This document shows, in pieces, positions 1 to 12,042 of a stretch of DNA of 64,000 nucleotides; within the stretch, counting starts at the first letter, position 1; every line of letters begins with the position of its first letter. The notes beneath the pieces were generated by a model. The model was not told the DNA's origin and searched no databases. It saw nothing but the letters and a program-made list of their open reading frames with translations. The translations under genes were made by a program, and so were the position numbers. This DNA comes from Balanoglossus misakiensis (taxonomy: Eukaryota; Animalia; Hemichordata): contig CM082589.2 in assembly GCA_040954595.2 (NCBI GenBank), positions 6,445,186-6,509,185 on the forward strand. The letters run 5' to 3'.

Positions 1-228
1 GTCGTGGGGCGCGGCAGTTGAGTTAAGAATGACATGACGGACCAACATGGAGTCCGTCAACAACGTCCGAAAATCGAGGCGGACACTCTGTGCGTCTGAA
101 ACCCGCCATTCCGGGCGATATTCCGCGTAAGAAAGTTCTGGGTCGTAAAAAGTCTGCGTGAGGTCGCTGCAAATCGAGAGAGAAGCTTGGTGGAGGATGA
201 AGAGGAGAAGAAGAGAGGGCGCCCTCAT
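1..228 (-). CDS. First coding exon of a secreted/membrane laminin-G (LNS) domain protein, neurexin/axotactin-like; partial, continues beyond window start
   Basis: ATG at 228 opens MRAPSLLLLFILHQASLSICSDLTQTFYDPELSYAEYRPEWRVSDAQSVRLDFRTLLTDSMLVRHVILNSTAAPHD with no stop to the edge. It has a hydrophobic signal peptide, then an F..SY..Y..W....VRLDFRT...ML pattern typical of LamG starts. Acceptor ttttcccacag lies at 281 upstream. Absent from the ORF track because it has no stop. Confidence 0.65.
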   Translation of the reverse strand, partial: MRAPSLLLLFILHQASLSICSDLTQTFYDPELSYAEYRPEWRVSDAQSVRLDFRTLLTDSMLVRHVILNSTAAPHD

Positions 229-3200
229 GGTCCAGCCCGAAGAAAACTGTACAGGTACGAAGTACCTGTGACCGGGTGACCTGTGGGAAAAACAGTGTGC
301 CATGAGTTAAAAATAAACTAACGTTTGCTGACTTATGTGTACCTGAAACAAAATGGCGCGAGACATCAGTGAAGAACCAAACGGAAAGAAGTGACGTCAC
401 TATAGATCTCGCACAAAAAAATCATGTACTGTAAGTTAAATGTCAACCAATGATAACTAAGAACTACAATACTAAAACGCGTAGTGTTAAACCTTAAATA
501 TCACCAAGTAATGACCTTCTGTGGACGGGTGTTTTTATCGGACTGTAAATGTGATTAACAAGAGCAAAGCTAAAAATAGTAACTATGTTTAATTAACACG
601 ACAACAGGACGATACATGCTGGTTGTTACACTGCCTGCCACCCGGCGTCCGGGTACTAAACGAGCACATGAAAATGGCCAACAATTACATGTACACTTCC
701 CTCACCTCAACAGCCGAACGAGAAGTGATCCTGGATAAATTATCACTAAATCACACAAGATATGAACGCCGTTTTACCTCCGTAACATTTCCGTCTTCTT
801 CGCGTACAGATTTTGTGAAAAAAACACACAGAGAATATCGAATCTCGGTAGACAGACAGCTCGAAATGGGTTCCAGCCGGCGCGAATTTTATCAGTTGTA
901 AATTGACAGGAGTTTATATCAAACGGTTGGCGTGTGGGTCACGCAAATTTAATAGCAAAGGTCGTGTTTGGTTATATTAAAAACTAACCTAGTACGACGT
1001 CACTATTATTTTTTCTGTAAAAAAGTTGCGTGACATGCTTTTGTTGCCACGGTGAGATGCTGTTTCATAACAATGCAAAGAATCGATGCGGTCGGTTTCA
1101 ATAATAGTGAAGGCTTAGTAAGTGACCAGCGGAAAATACGGAACTATGAAAAATGCGCGCAAATTAATTGAATGGTATTGTTTTCCCCAGTGGACGAGAA
1201 CAAAGACTCAATAGATTTCGGGATGACGAGTGTCTTTAAAGTTAAATTTTTTATTTCACTTGTGATATCTTGGCCTAAGAACGTTTTCTTCCACTAAAAT
1301 TCTAAATAGAGCAGTGTGCATGTCTGTAACGTTACTGGGTAACCGTCCAACGGCTGTTTTATTCGTTAATTAATGATCGGCACGATTTGACTCAGACCGC
1401 GTTATCGTGACGTCACTTCCGGCAGTATCCCAACCCAAGACCCGAACATGGTGTTCTCATAGCGCCAGTGTGATGTCACCAAATTTGGTCATTTCCATTT
1501 GGAGAGTCATAGCCGTTGCAAGCGTTCGTCATAACGTTTTATGATTTTATTTTTGGACATTGCGGCACTGATTGGCCACCCACGCCTGGTGTTATAATAA
1601 AAGCATATCTTATGGACTCTGGGCATTGTAGGTCTTAATCCGCGTGTTTAAATGGGAAGACCAGCCAGGCTGGTTTTTAGCTAAGCTAGCTATGGGTTCG
1701 GTTATTCAGGAAAAGCCAAAACACACAGACGCATTTTACAAATGTATTGTCACGCTTGCGTAATCATTACAGTGTTTCTATGAGACATCCTTGAGCGCCT
1801 TCGTTACAAAGACATTTTAACAGACGGGAAATGTTATGCTTTCAATAAAATTTACGCTCAACAAAGTGTCGTCAACTCCAGTGGCGGAACACATGTCTAG
1901 CACCAACAGGTCGTTGACGTCAGATTCAAACATGGCGTCCAACTGTCCGGAGTTGTAGGGCCCGCGGGTATATCACGTGAACCAGTTCAAAATGTCACCC
2001 GCGGTCTTCCGCGAATTATTCTCTGGTCGTTAGTATGAGTTTGGAAACTCATCCATTCAGAAACGAAAGGGAACACCTGTTTGCCTGTTTGGAGACGCTT
2101 GGCGACCTTTCCGTCAGGGGTCACCTACACCATGAAGCCACTAAATACAATTATTGATCACCACAACCCGCACCCCACGTATACATAGGCGCACTGTTTA
2201 TATGGACAGCCATGCATAAGCAGACCACATTCCTGTGTTAGATGTCAAATTATATTCACCATGACAAGTTTTCAAATATAATTTGGGAAAGTAAACCTGT
2301 TACATTATAAACAGCGATGTTATCAATGCTTGTTATCAGGGGAACAAATATTTGCTAGAGGTTTGCCCCTCATTCATCTTACCATGAGAATCATTTGTAC
2401 TGTAATATTTTATAAAATTGGTACTGTTGTGTGTGCTTTCCGCTACATAATTGTCTATAATACACTGTGCTCAATAACAGTCTTGTACATTTCTTGATCC
2501 CTATGTCCCCAGACAAGCACGTGTATATTTCGTCCACGTGTTTGTTTCTCCGGACACTCTTTAGAATGATATTATGAAATACATCTAATCGATTATTGAC
2601 CAGTAAGTACAGCCGTCTTATCAAATTTCATACACACTGTATATCCATGCAGTAACAATTTAGTGATATCAAGGTAACTTGGCAAGTGTAGCTGACTTTA
2701 ATCCTGAGATATTATAAGATAACACAAGACAGTGTGACAAATATATCCACACGACTCCAGAAAGTTCAAATGAGGTCACGCAAACACGATTACCGTGATA
2801 CAACTGCCAGGTAGACGCCCGGTTTGATTAACCATATACCAAAGGTGCGACAACGACCACGCTATCTGTCGACGAATTGAATACAAGCGACATCGTAGGT
2901 GGAGTCAGCGTACATGTCGAGCAAGGCTTGTGGTGATTTCTGTTCATTTGCGACTTGCATCGCCGTGACACTTCAAAGCTGGCCACGGTGGAACGGGGAC
3001 AGCTGACGGTGCTTGCTATGAAGCACAAAGCATGCAATTTAAAACCGTCCGAGTTACGCCCGTTTTGCAAACATGCGAGTCATAGTGTCGTGCAAATGTG
3101 CACACAGTAAGACTACATGTACATTATACACAAGTCTTCAGTAGTCTCAACGACGATTGATTCTGACGTTAATTGCGCGGGCTTTCGTCTCTTCTTTCCG

Positions 3201-3982
3201 CGACCTCGCGTTGACAGGTGTCACTGATCGGTGCGACCTGAAACTGCGGAAGCACTCTTAAATCGGTTTCCATTACTGGGAACCGGTCGGTTTTTATTCC
3301 CTCCAAACGGAATCAGCCCAGCCAATCAACTTAATCACTGCATAACCAGAGAAGGCGGCGACCAGCAGGTCCTTTAACTGCAAAATTGCCCCACCGTCAT
3401 TTACGTTTCAAAGAACCCATCGACCCGGGGTGAGTGTTCGCTGACCGCAAATAATTGCAATAAAAGGCGAAATGTTAAGAGGCGGTGATCTCAATTAACT
3501 CTGAATCGCTGGTCCTTGAGTTGGAGGTCTCATTGGTGAATGAGATTGTTTGAACACCTTTTTTGGGCAAGTACACTGTTATAAGAAGACGAATGGGCCC
3601 GTGGTGGCGACAAAACGTTCATACATGCAGATGTAGGAAATTTAGCGAAACACACTTGAAAGCACATAAATTGACGCTTTCAGCTTCAAGTAACGCGTTT
3701 GCAATGCAATTCTAACTGTTCTTTCTTTACTATTTTTTTTTCAAATTTGCCCAAATTTATGAGCAAACGTATCTTGTTATCGAATATTCATCGTGTTGCA
3801 AAGATACTATTCTTTCACCAAGTTAATCAATGTCGTACTCTAACCTGACCTTGAGTAAATAAAATTCAAACTTTAACTCTGAAAATGGCCAAGTATATGA
3901 GTCACTAAAATGTCGATTTAGGTAATATGGCTGCAGAATAATTAGAACGCGATTGGCGCCATTTTATTCACAAATATAATCA

Positions 3983-4294
3983 ATTATATTATACCAGTAT
4001 ATTGATGGTGTAAATCACGCTATTTGATTGGTCGAGACACGACACGTGACCGTGATATATTAGCCATATACCACAGTCATATATCATAGTCAAAGAAAAT
4101 GCCTTTTTAAAATGTTTTATGCAAAGTTTCAATATACTGGCATAATATAATAGCAATAAAACATCCCCAGCCATGGTATACCACTCGATTTTGACCAGTT
4201 CAACTCCATATACGCACTCGCTATCGCTCGTGCGTATATGTCGTGAACTGGTCAAAATCTCGTGGTATACCATGGCTGGAGGTGTTTTATTGCT
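3983..4294. mobile_element. Non-autonomous double-hairpin element (23-bp inverted repeat plus 143-bp imperfect palindrome)
   Basis: IR attatattataccagtatattga (3983-4005) / tcaatatactggcataatataat (4129-4151) with 1 mismatch, immediately followed by a near-perfect palindrome at 4152-4294. Confidence 0.7.
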
Positions 4295-7200
4295 TAATTT
4301 TATGCTCCTGCACATGTCTAAATACGTATATGAAACTGTCTAAGAGATCACGTGATTCAATCAGTTCAAAGACACCCCGCACAGTACCCGTTAACTCATT
4401 TACAGCATTTTGTCGCATTCACTGAATTGTGATTTTGATACACGGCATGTACATATGGGAGACTTCTATCACGCAGAGAATGGAGATAATAGGGATGTCT
4501 GCAGCAACTCTGGTGAATGACCTCTGCGTCAGTATTCCACAATGGATAGTGATACTGGCTGTCAATCAAGATATCGAGGAAAGATGATTTAATTGACCTG
4601 TCTCGCTTTCCGTCATCTGTCGGATATACCCCCTGCACACACACGTGGTTTGTGCCATGAACATTTCATTGTGAAGTATTCACAAATTGGTTGGCAATTG
4701 CGGGATAAATCGCATCGACTTAAGTTTATCCGATGCAAAAACATAGACCTGGATGGCAAAATCCCATCATTTGCAATAGCCGTAGAAGGGATATATGAGT
4801 ACATTTTACGTGGAGAACGTTGAAGCAATTACGCAGTGAAAGTCGAATCGAATAACATGGGTTTTGTGTAATGGGGTAGGGAATGTGCTTATCTGTCGCT
4901 CGCCGTCTTGGAAATTCTGTATCCCGTCGACAATGCTACCAGGGTTACCGCATTAAAAGAATTCTGCGCAGATTTTGAGAAGACGATACAAGCCGCATGT
5001 GTATCAGTGTAAACCATCCATTTCATAATTGCTTCCCGGCCCTCTTAGTGCAATGCTCGTTGAAACTCCATTTCCATTCTCGTCTGGTTCGGCATGATGT
5101 ATCAGTGATGTGAGTGATAAAAATTCTGATAAGGAATGTGTCCTTCACCCGTACTTTCAGTTGATTTTTCTACCAAATTTCATCTCTAAGTTTGTTTCAA
5201 CAGACACCATTAAATTTGGGCTGCACTGTGACACGTGTTCAAATTTGAACAAGTGTTCAAATAATTTTAAAATGGTTTGGAAAGAATGTTTTTTTCGAAT
5301 CGATATGATTCGGAGATTCGCTCGCTATAGCGTTAAGTTTTCGTTTTGTGACGATTGCGTTTCTATTCATGACGCGCTTGACTATAATGCGAACAACTTA
5401 TCGACGGATAAACTAATCACACTATACCCTCTTAGAGATTTGAGTATCCCGCTGCGATGCAGGTGAGATTATCTATAATTCCCCCCATTTGAGAGTAATT
5501 GATTAGAAATTGACAATAATTCATCCAATTTCCGCGGGTTCGTCATGTGTCTAATCAAATTATTCAAATACTTGAATATGCAAATTGGAGCCTGAGCTGT
5601 ATCATCCATATGTCAATCATTGATAGTTACATTGTCTAAATTCACCACGAAGGGCAAACGGCAGATGTAAAGGTACCGTTCTATTGTACATCTGCCTGCA
5701 GTTAAATACTGGTAACGATGTTATAATTTGATGTAAAATTAATCAGATACTAATATGATATAATATGACAAGATATGTTTCAATTGAATGTCCATTCTTT
5801 GGTTGCTCGTTTAATCATGATGATATACTTCTAAATATAAATCATATTGCTAAATTATCTCCCCCCGCAGTGTTCCAAAACGACTCATTACGTCTAATTA
5901 AAAAAAAATTAACGTCTAAAAATAGTTATCAAATCATAATCGTTATGTAATTGATAGATATGGCGTGGGTTATGATGGAGTTAAGTAATAATAATTGTCA
6001 AATAGGATTTTTAAATCTGATGATCATATTTGCTCGGGCATTTAATTGAGATGAATTTCATTTGGGGTCATGTAGGTGTCAAGTATGTGGGTAAATATCA
6101 TTTCATAAAGTCGCCATGAATCGATGCCAGCATTTCGGTAATCATGATTTATATGAGAAATTATGATGGTGGTGTATACTCAGCCGATGGAAACAATATA
6201 TAACAACTATAAAGATTTAAATGAATCCGTGATACAAGTATGACGGGTGCCACACGTCGGGCAGGGATGGCTTACTATTTTCGAAACACCTGACATGCAG
6301 CGGCTGGATCACCTTTTTATCGTCCAACGCGCTGCTTTAATCGTTTCCTTTTTTCGTTTACTTTTCTGAGAGTAAAATGCTCTTGAGGGCAACTACAGAA
6401 GACAATACTCACGGGGCCAAGTTAATTAGGGGAATCGGCAAATTGCTCAAGTACGCCGGGGCTAAAAGCTAAATGTGTCCCCGAGAGGACAATATGATAC
6501 GTTATTGGCACCATCGATCAATAGGGACGCATTTCGGATGCGGTCACTGTTTGCTAGCCTATTATAACGACAATTACAACGTTTAGTTCAAGCCCGGGGG
6601 TATTTTTTATCGCCGCTGTGACAAAGGCCACGCAAAGTCCATTCTCACGTTTGCTTCGATCGAGCTAGAATATAGGGAAGTCCGGATGGGCCATTTGAAA
6701 ACACAAAATATGTGACTATATACATGGAATTAGGGGAACGCTGTTTAATTGTTCAACCAATGACAATGTGGTCTTTGCAGGCACAGAACCAAACACACGC
6801 CATGAATACTGTATCAAGTTGCACATGTTCAGAAACTATACTGTGCGTTCCAAAGGGACAGATACTCAGGTTGTGTATCGTTTGCCTGCAAAGCTCAGCA
6901 TCTGTTTCATAGTATTTTTCAAACAACGGGTCATGTCAGCAATCCTCTAGCGCAAACTGTTTATGGATAATCTGCCCTTGGAATGATATTCTTCAAGTGT
7001 TTGCTGTTGATGGTAGCAGCTTAGCCCACTTGATATAGCGGATCAGTTCAAGTTCTGTTCAATCTACATGCACAATCAGAAATTACATGCGTGCACTGAG
7101 CACCGATAGCTTAAATCGGTAACTTCAATATTTGAAAATGAACTGATAAGATTCGGATGCGGTATAATTACACTTCTATCCCACCGTGGAATAGAGAAGT

Positions 7201-7360
7201 GTCTTTCATTACCGTAATTGCACGTCGAACTGATAGCGGAGAGATAATTTTGATTGGCGCTGCATATAGGCGTGAGTGGGCTCCGGAACTTCAAGATGTG
7301 CTGGGAAGAACAGGGCGTATGAATAGGGTTCGCCTGCGGACCTGTTATAATTGTGTCAGT

Positions 7361-7604
7361 AGACCATTTACAAGACCCTGCGAGATCTCGCGTGGCTATG
7401 CAAATTATATGGAAAGACATTCTCATGTGATACGGGACAAACAACAGATGGCCCACCATGTTAAACGGCACAACAGTTATTTTTTTAAACTATGCACCTA
7501 TTCTAGTCTCACACAAAGCTTAACTTGTATTACTTGACTCGCGACTCCTTGCTACGGTAATTAACCAAGCCCGCCAGATCTCGCAATGAGATGAAATCAT
7601 CTAT
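7361..7604 (+). repeat. Interspersed MITE-like family (tagaccattt...gcgagatctcgc), copy 1
   Basis: Shares agaccctgcgagatctcgcgtgg.tatg with 49283-49390 (+), 37267-37378 (-) and ~28040-28175 (-). Confidence 0.6.
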
Positions 7605-10600
7605 CGTGTGCCGACACAATGCAATAAAACTCTATTACGAATGGGATGTTTTTACTCAGTCCACTCAAAAACCGACAAGGTCCTTCAACTGTTCTGTCTG
7701 AAACGAAGTGATCCTAGTAAAAGAAGCGGTACAAAGGAAGGTGCTGTAATTATTACTTCTCGGGGTCTAGTTAACACGCCCCTTAGACCCCATGCCACGG
7801 AATGTGAAATATGGTGGTTTTTATGTCACTTCAGTCAGGCTTCAATGATACCACTTTTTAGAAAGAACACTTAAATTCCTATAATATAGACATTTTAAAA
7901 TATCATTATTATTATTGTAATTTTAAGTGTGCGTTAGGGTGTAGCCTGTAATATCTGCGGGTGAGGTCATATCACGACAATGTTGTTGTTTTCACTGCGG
8001 CGTGTGTGTCTTTACGCTTTATTACGGTCATTGAGGTTGCGTAACGATATCCTTTTGTTTTCAACATATCGATTTGTTGTCCGTTATTTTCAAGGACCAT
8101 TATTTCCTAAAATAACCCTTCGAAGTAACATTTCGTGTTTACACCAAGATTAACAAAAGTAAAAAAGAAGAAGAATCGATTTCTGTGGCGGAGTATGGCC
8201 TACACGTGAAAATCTTTCCTAGTCCAATGGAAGATAAACCTTCAATATGTGAGATACTATATGCACTTCAGTTGAACTCGCCTGGTGTGAGAAGCAGGCG
8301 ACAATCACGCATTGTCTCTCTACAAATATTTCCACAGCGGTGCGTTTATTTGGCCGGTCCAAACAGAACTCCGTTTATCTGGCGGTTGCCAAATTTTTAG
8401 TTTATGTGGCGAGTATTGAATCGCGTCGTTGTTTGGGATATATTGGCCACCTAGCAGGCTGTCGTGCCTTCCAATTGACCCCCTTGACCCCTGCTTTTGA
8501 CGTTGAGACGGGAACGTTGCGCCTACATTCAGCGATGTTTTAAGCCCTTTAGATAGTCCGACTGTTGCCTGAAATGGCAAAAAATACCGGTGCCTCGCTC
8601 AGGTCGTTACACAATGATGTCGCGTACGTCATTCGCTTAGACCTTGCGCACATACACTGGCGGACCAGCGCTACAGATGTTGGGACGTCCGCACCAATAC
8701 CAGTCGGTCGCTCACAAACGTGACAGCGCACATGAATAATATAAGAACATTTTGTTGTGTGAACAGTTTCTCTCGTTAAACTTGAGTGAGCAGGGACAGA
8801 ACAGACAGGCCTATATGCAACTGTACATGCGGGCCAGGCATGTCAGAGTGAAGAGGGCCGTGGGAAAACGCACACAAATCTAATTCCACTACTCAGAAAG
8901 TACCGTTGAACACAAATGCTCTTGAAAGGCCAGACAAAGACACTCATTGACATGACAAAGCGGACAGAGTTATTAGCATCTAACCCCGCACTGAAATATC
9001 ACATTGTCTAGGGACATGAGGTGTATTGATTCGGGTGGTAAGTCCTCAGGGGGTGGGGGGGGGGGGGGGGTCAGATTACTAATATTAGAAAGCGCTGCTG
9101 CCATTGTCATTATTGGGGAGTGTATCCCAATGCGTATATGACATACTTCATTTAAACAACACTGATTCTGTATTGGTCTACGGCTGGAGTTTAACAGGTA
9201 TACACCGCGGATACGGTGTAATATACCTACAATGCCCGGTGCAGACACTGGCACTCTTAACCCCTCACGACCCTTGAAGTGACTGAACCTGTTTTCAACG
9301 AGAACCGGAAGTCTAAAAGGGACAACACTTTCAAAGAAAGCTACCTGGGTTTTCTATACATGTATTCCCAATGAATATCAAGAGAAGGATATTTTTTATG
9401 ATTGAACGAATACAGATATTCCTATCTGTCGGATATGCTACGTGCAAATGGCTACTGGCCACAAGCGCACTTTATCCCACTGCGATGCCGACTAATAATT
9501 AATGAAAATAGTCATACATTATCCAGTATCAGTCCATGATGGTACTAGGTGCAGCTTTTGTGCAAAGTTGGGGCAGACATTGATATTCCAAATCCGTATG
9601 ATGTCGGCGAGCACAATCGCGCTTGTGTGTACCCGACGTGTCCTTGACCAAACAGTAAGATTGTCAAATTGCACAATACTCACCGATTATTCGCAGAATT
9701 CCTTGCGCTTTTGATAAGGGTATGTCGATGAAGTCTCGGTGAGGGAAACTCCGCAAGCGTGTGTCCTTCTACTGACCACGCAGAGTGGTAAATGAACTTT
9801 AACCAGTATTAACATGCTCATCCGTGGTGAGCTCGGTTCACGATATCACCGCGCGCTCGCTCGGTCGCAGGGATTCTGTGCCACCACCAACATGTATGTT
9901 TACAGTGGGGCGCCCTCTGTGAAACCATAAGCCTATGGTTCGCCGACGTGACGGTTCTTATTTCACCTCAGCTTGATGGCAGGACCAGACGATTAGCAGT
10001 TTAGCACAGTATGAAGTCGGCCTCTCAAGCAGACAATATCTTGATAATGCGCGCTAAACTTTAAAGAATACATCCTGGCATAAGTGTTCAAAGTGTATCT
10101 GTGCGGACCATACATTTCCAAAAAAACACTGTCTCTATGGAACCACCTGTTGCTTAGAGAGTCGACTCGCTTTTAGTTTTCAAGTGAATCGATGAAAATT
10201 TAAAATGACTTCCTTTTAGCTTTCTAGTTCCAGTCATTAAATTGCTTTTCAATTCCTATTATTGTCGTCATTACATTGACCATTCAGTCATTTCCAATGT
10301 ACGGGGTATTTTACCTGTAACTTCAATTGAAAAGTACACACGTCACTGGATGTTCGATTGGCTATGCAGTTCAGTCACGAAATGAGATAGACGTAGTTTT
10401 CGACGCGTAGACAACTTTTGGCCATGCCGTTTCGAACTATTGCCACTTCGTAGATAGTGTGGTTCCATGGCCAAGACGTACAAACAATGTTTTAAACTAT
10501 GAAATAGTCGGTGTCATTTTACAAAAGACAATGTAATTAGAACAACCGAGTGCCGTTCTTGAAGTTTAGGACACTTCGCGGTGTCTGATATTGTCCGGCG

Positions 10601-12042
10601 ATTATTTTTCTCTTTTTTGATTAAATTGTCCCTTTATCATCATGGTCTGGTTCATACCCAATATTTTCGGCGGCTTTAGTTTAAAGGTGAGGTTTGAAAG
10701 TTGACGACAACTACAGATCTGGTTGGGGCTACTTGCCAGCGTTTCACATAAGTCGTTAACAAACTAAAAATCATCAGTGAATGGCCAATTTTTCGTTTAC
10801 CAATTTCAAGTTTTTGTCGCATGTGATCGTTTTTCATAAGCAATTCGACACCGATTTCGCATTTTTTCGACGCATGTTAATTTTTCTCGCATGACGGCAT
10901 GTTTAAGGAGTTCTGTGCGCGGAAAAAGGAGCCCATCTGGGCGGCGTATACCCATGCACGATTGGGAGTACACCCCCCCCCCCCCCCACACACACACTTC
11001 TCAACTATAAAATCTGATAGTAGGAATCAAAGAATGAACTTTATTACTTTTTTAATCACACATTTTACAATAATTTTTATAGTGAAATAATTTCCAGGAG
11101 AAAGAAGATATCTCCAAAGTTGAATTCAAAAGTTTGGCATTTAATGCTCTTCAAAATGATGACCACTCAAACTTAGGTTAAAATTGTGGCAGTTATTAAT
11201 TTTCTTTCATAAAAAAAAACTTAAATATCTCTGACTCTTACTACACGTACACACAGAAATTAACTAAGGGTTAGCAAGCTTCATGAAAATACTTCTCTAT
11301 TGATAAATATGTAAGTGTATTTGACTGCTAAATTGTCAGAGCCAAGGCAGAAGGTAGAGAGTATGAAAGCTATTTTGAAAACTGTAACTTTCACTTTTCT
11401 GTCCAGATAGGATAGGTGTCTTCATACAAAAGTCTTTATAATCCGAAATTATGAAATCCTCAAGGAATAAAGTTCTAAGACTTTGTTGTTTTACATGTTC
11501 ACACTGTGTTATTAGAAAGATGCTTGTTGTGTTTTTTTCAACTGATAGACAAACACATACTCTGCAATGAAAGCAGTTTGACTTGTTATGGATATGCATG
11601 TTGAAAATCACACTGACGTTTAACAAAAGATTATTTGTTTTATTGTCTAATGGTTTCTCTTATATATATTTTTCTATTCTGTCAAGCATTTCAGTGAACA
11701 AAGAGTATGGATAATTTTTATACAGCGGAAAAATAAGAATTTTTTTTTGATTAATTTAAAATGTTTCAAATTTAGTACATAGGGGCCTTTTTGACATAAA
11801 ATCCCTGATATTTTCATCTACAACTTGTCTGTCTGCAACATCACAGAGAATACACAGGGCATGTTGGTAGGAGGCAGTATAGGCTTTGAAAGTCAAATTA
11901 AGTAAAGCAGGAAGCGAAGATACAGGCATCTATTAGAATCTGTGCAGGGTCACTCTTCCGTTAAGCGTCTGGGTCTCGTCAGAGATTAATAATATTGGTT
12001 AAAACAGTACATAGTTGAAGAACTCTACAGAAGATACTAAGG

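Noticed and set aside
23-400. 125-aa minus-strand ORF in the track
   Set aside because: Wrong frame; the overlapping frame from ATG 228 gives a signal peptide and LamG-like motif.
4396-5466. Cluster of 70-118 aa ORFs
   Set aside because: No domain motifs, coherent splice structure or coding bias; likely chance ORFs.
6241-6296. Short segment resembling a widespread marine-invertebrate retroelement end (tgacgggtgccacacgtcgggcagg...cacctga)
   Set aside because: Single short degenerate copy with no associated RT sequence; cannot be classified without a database search.
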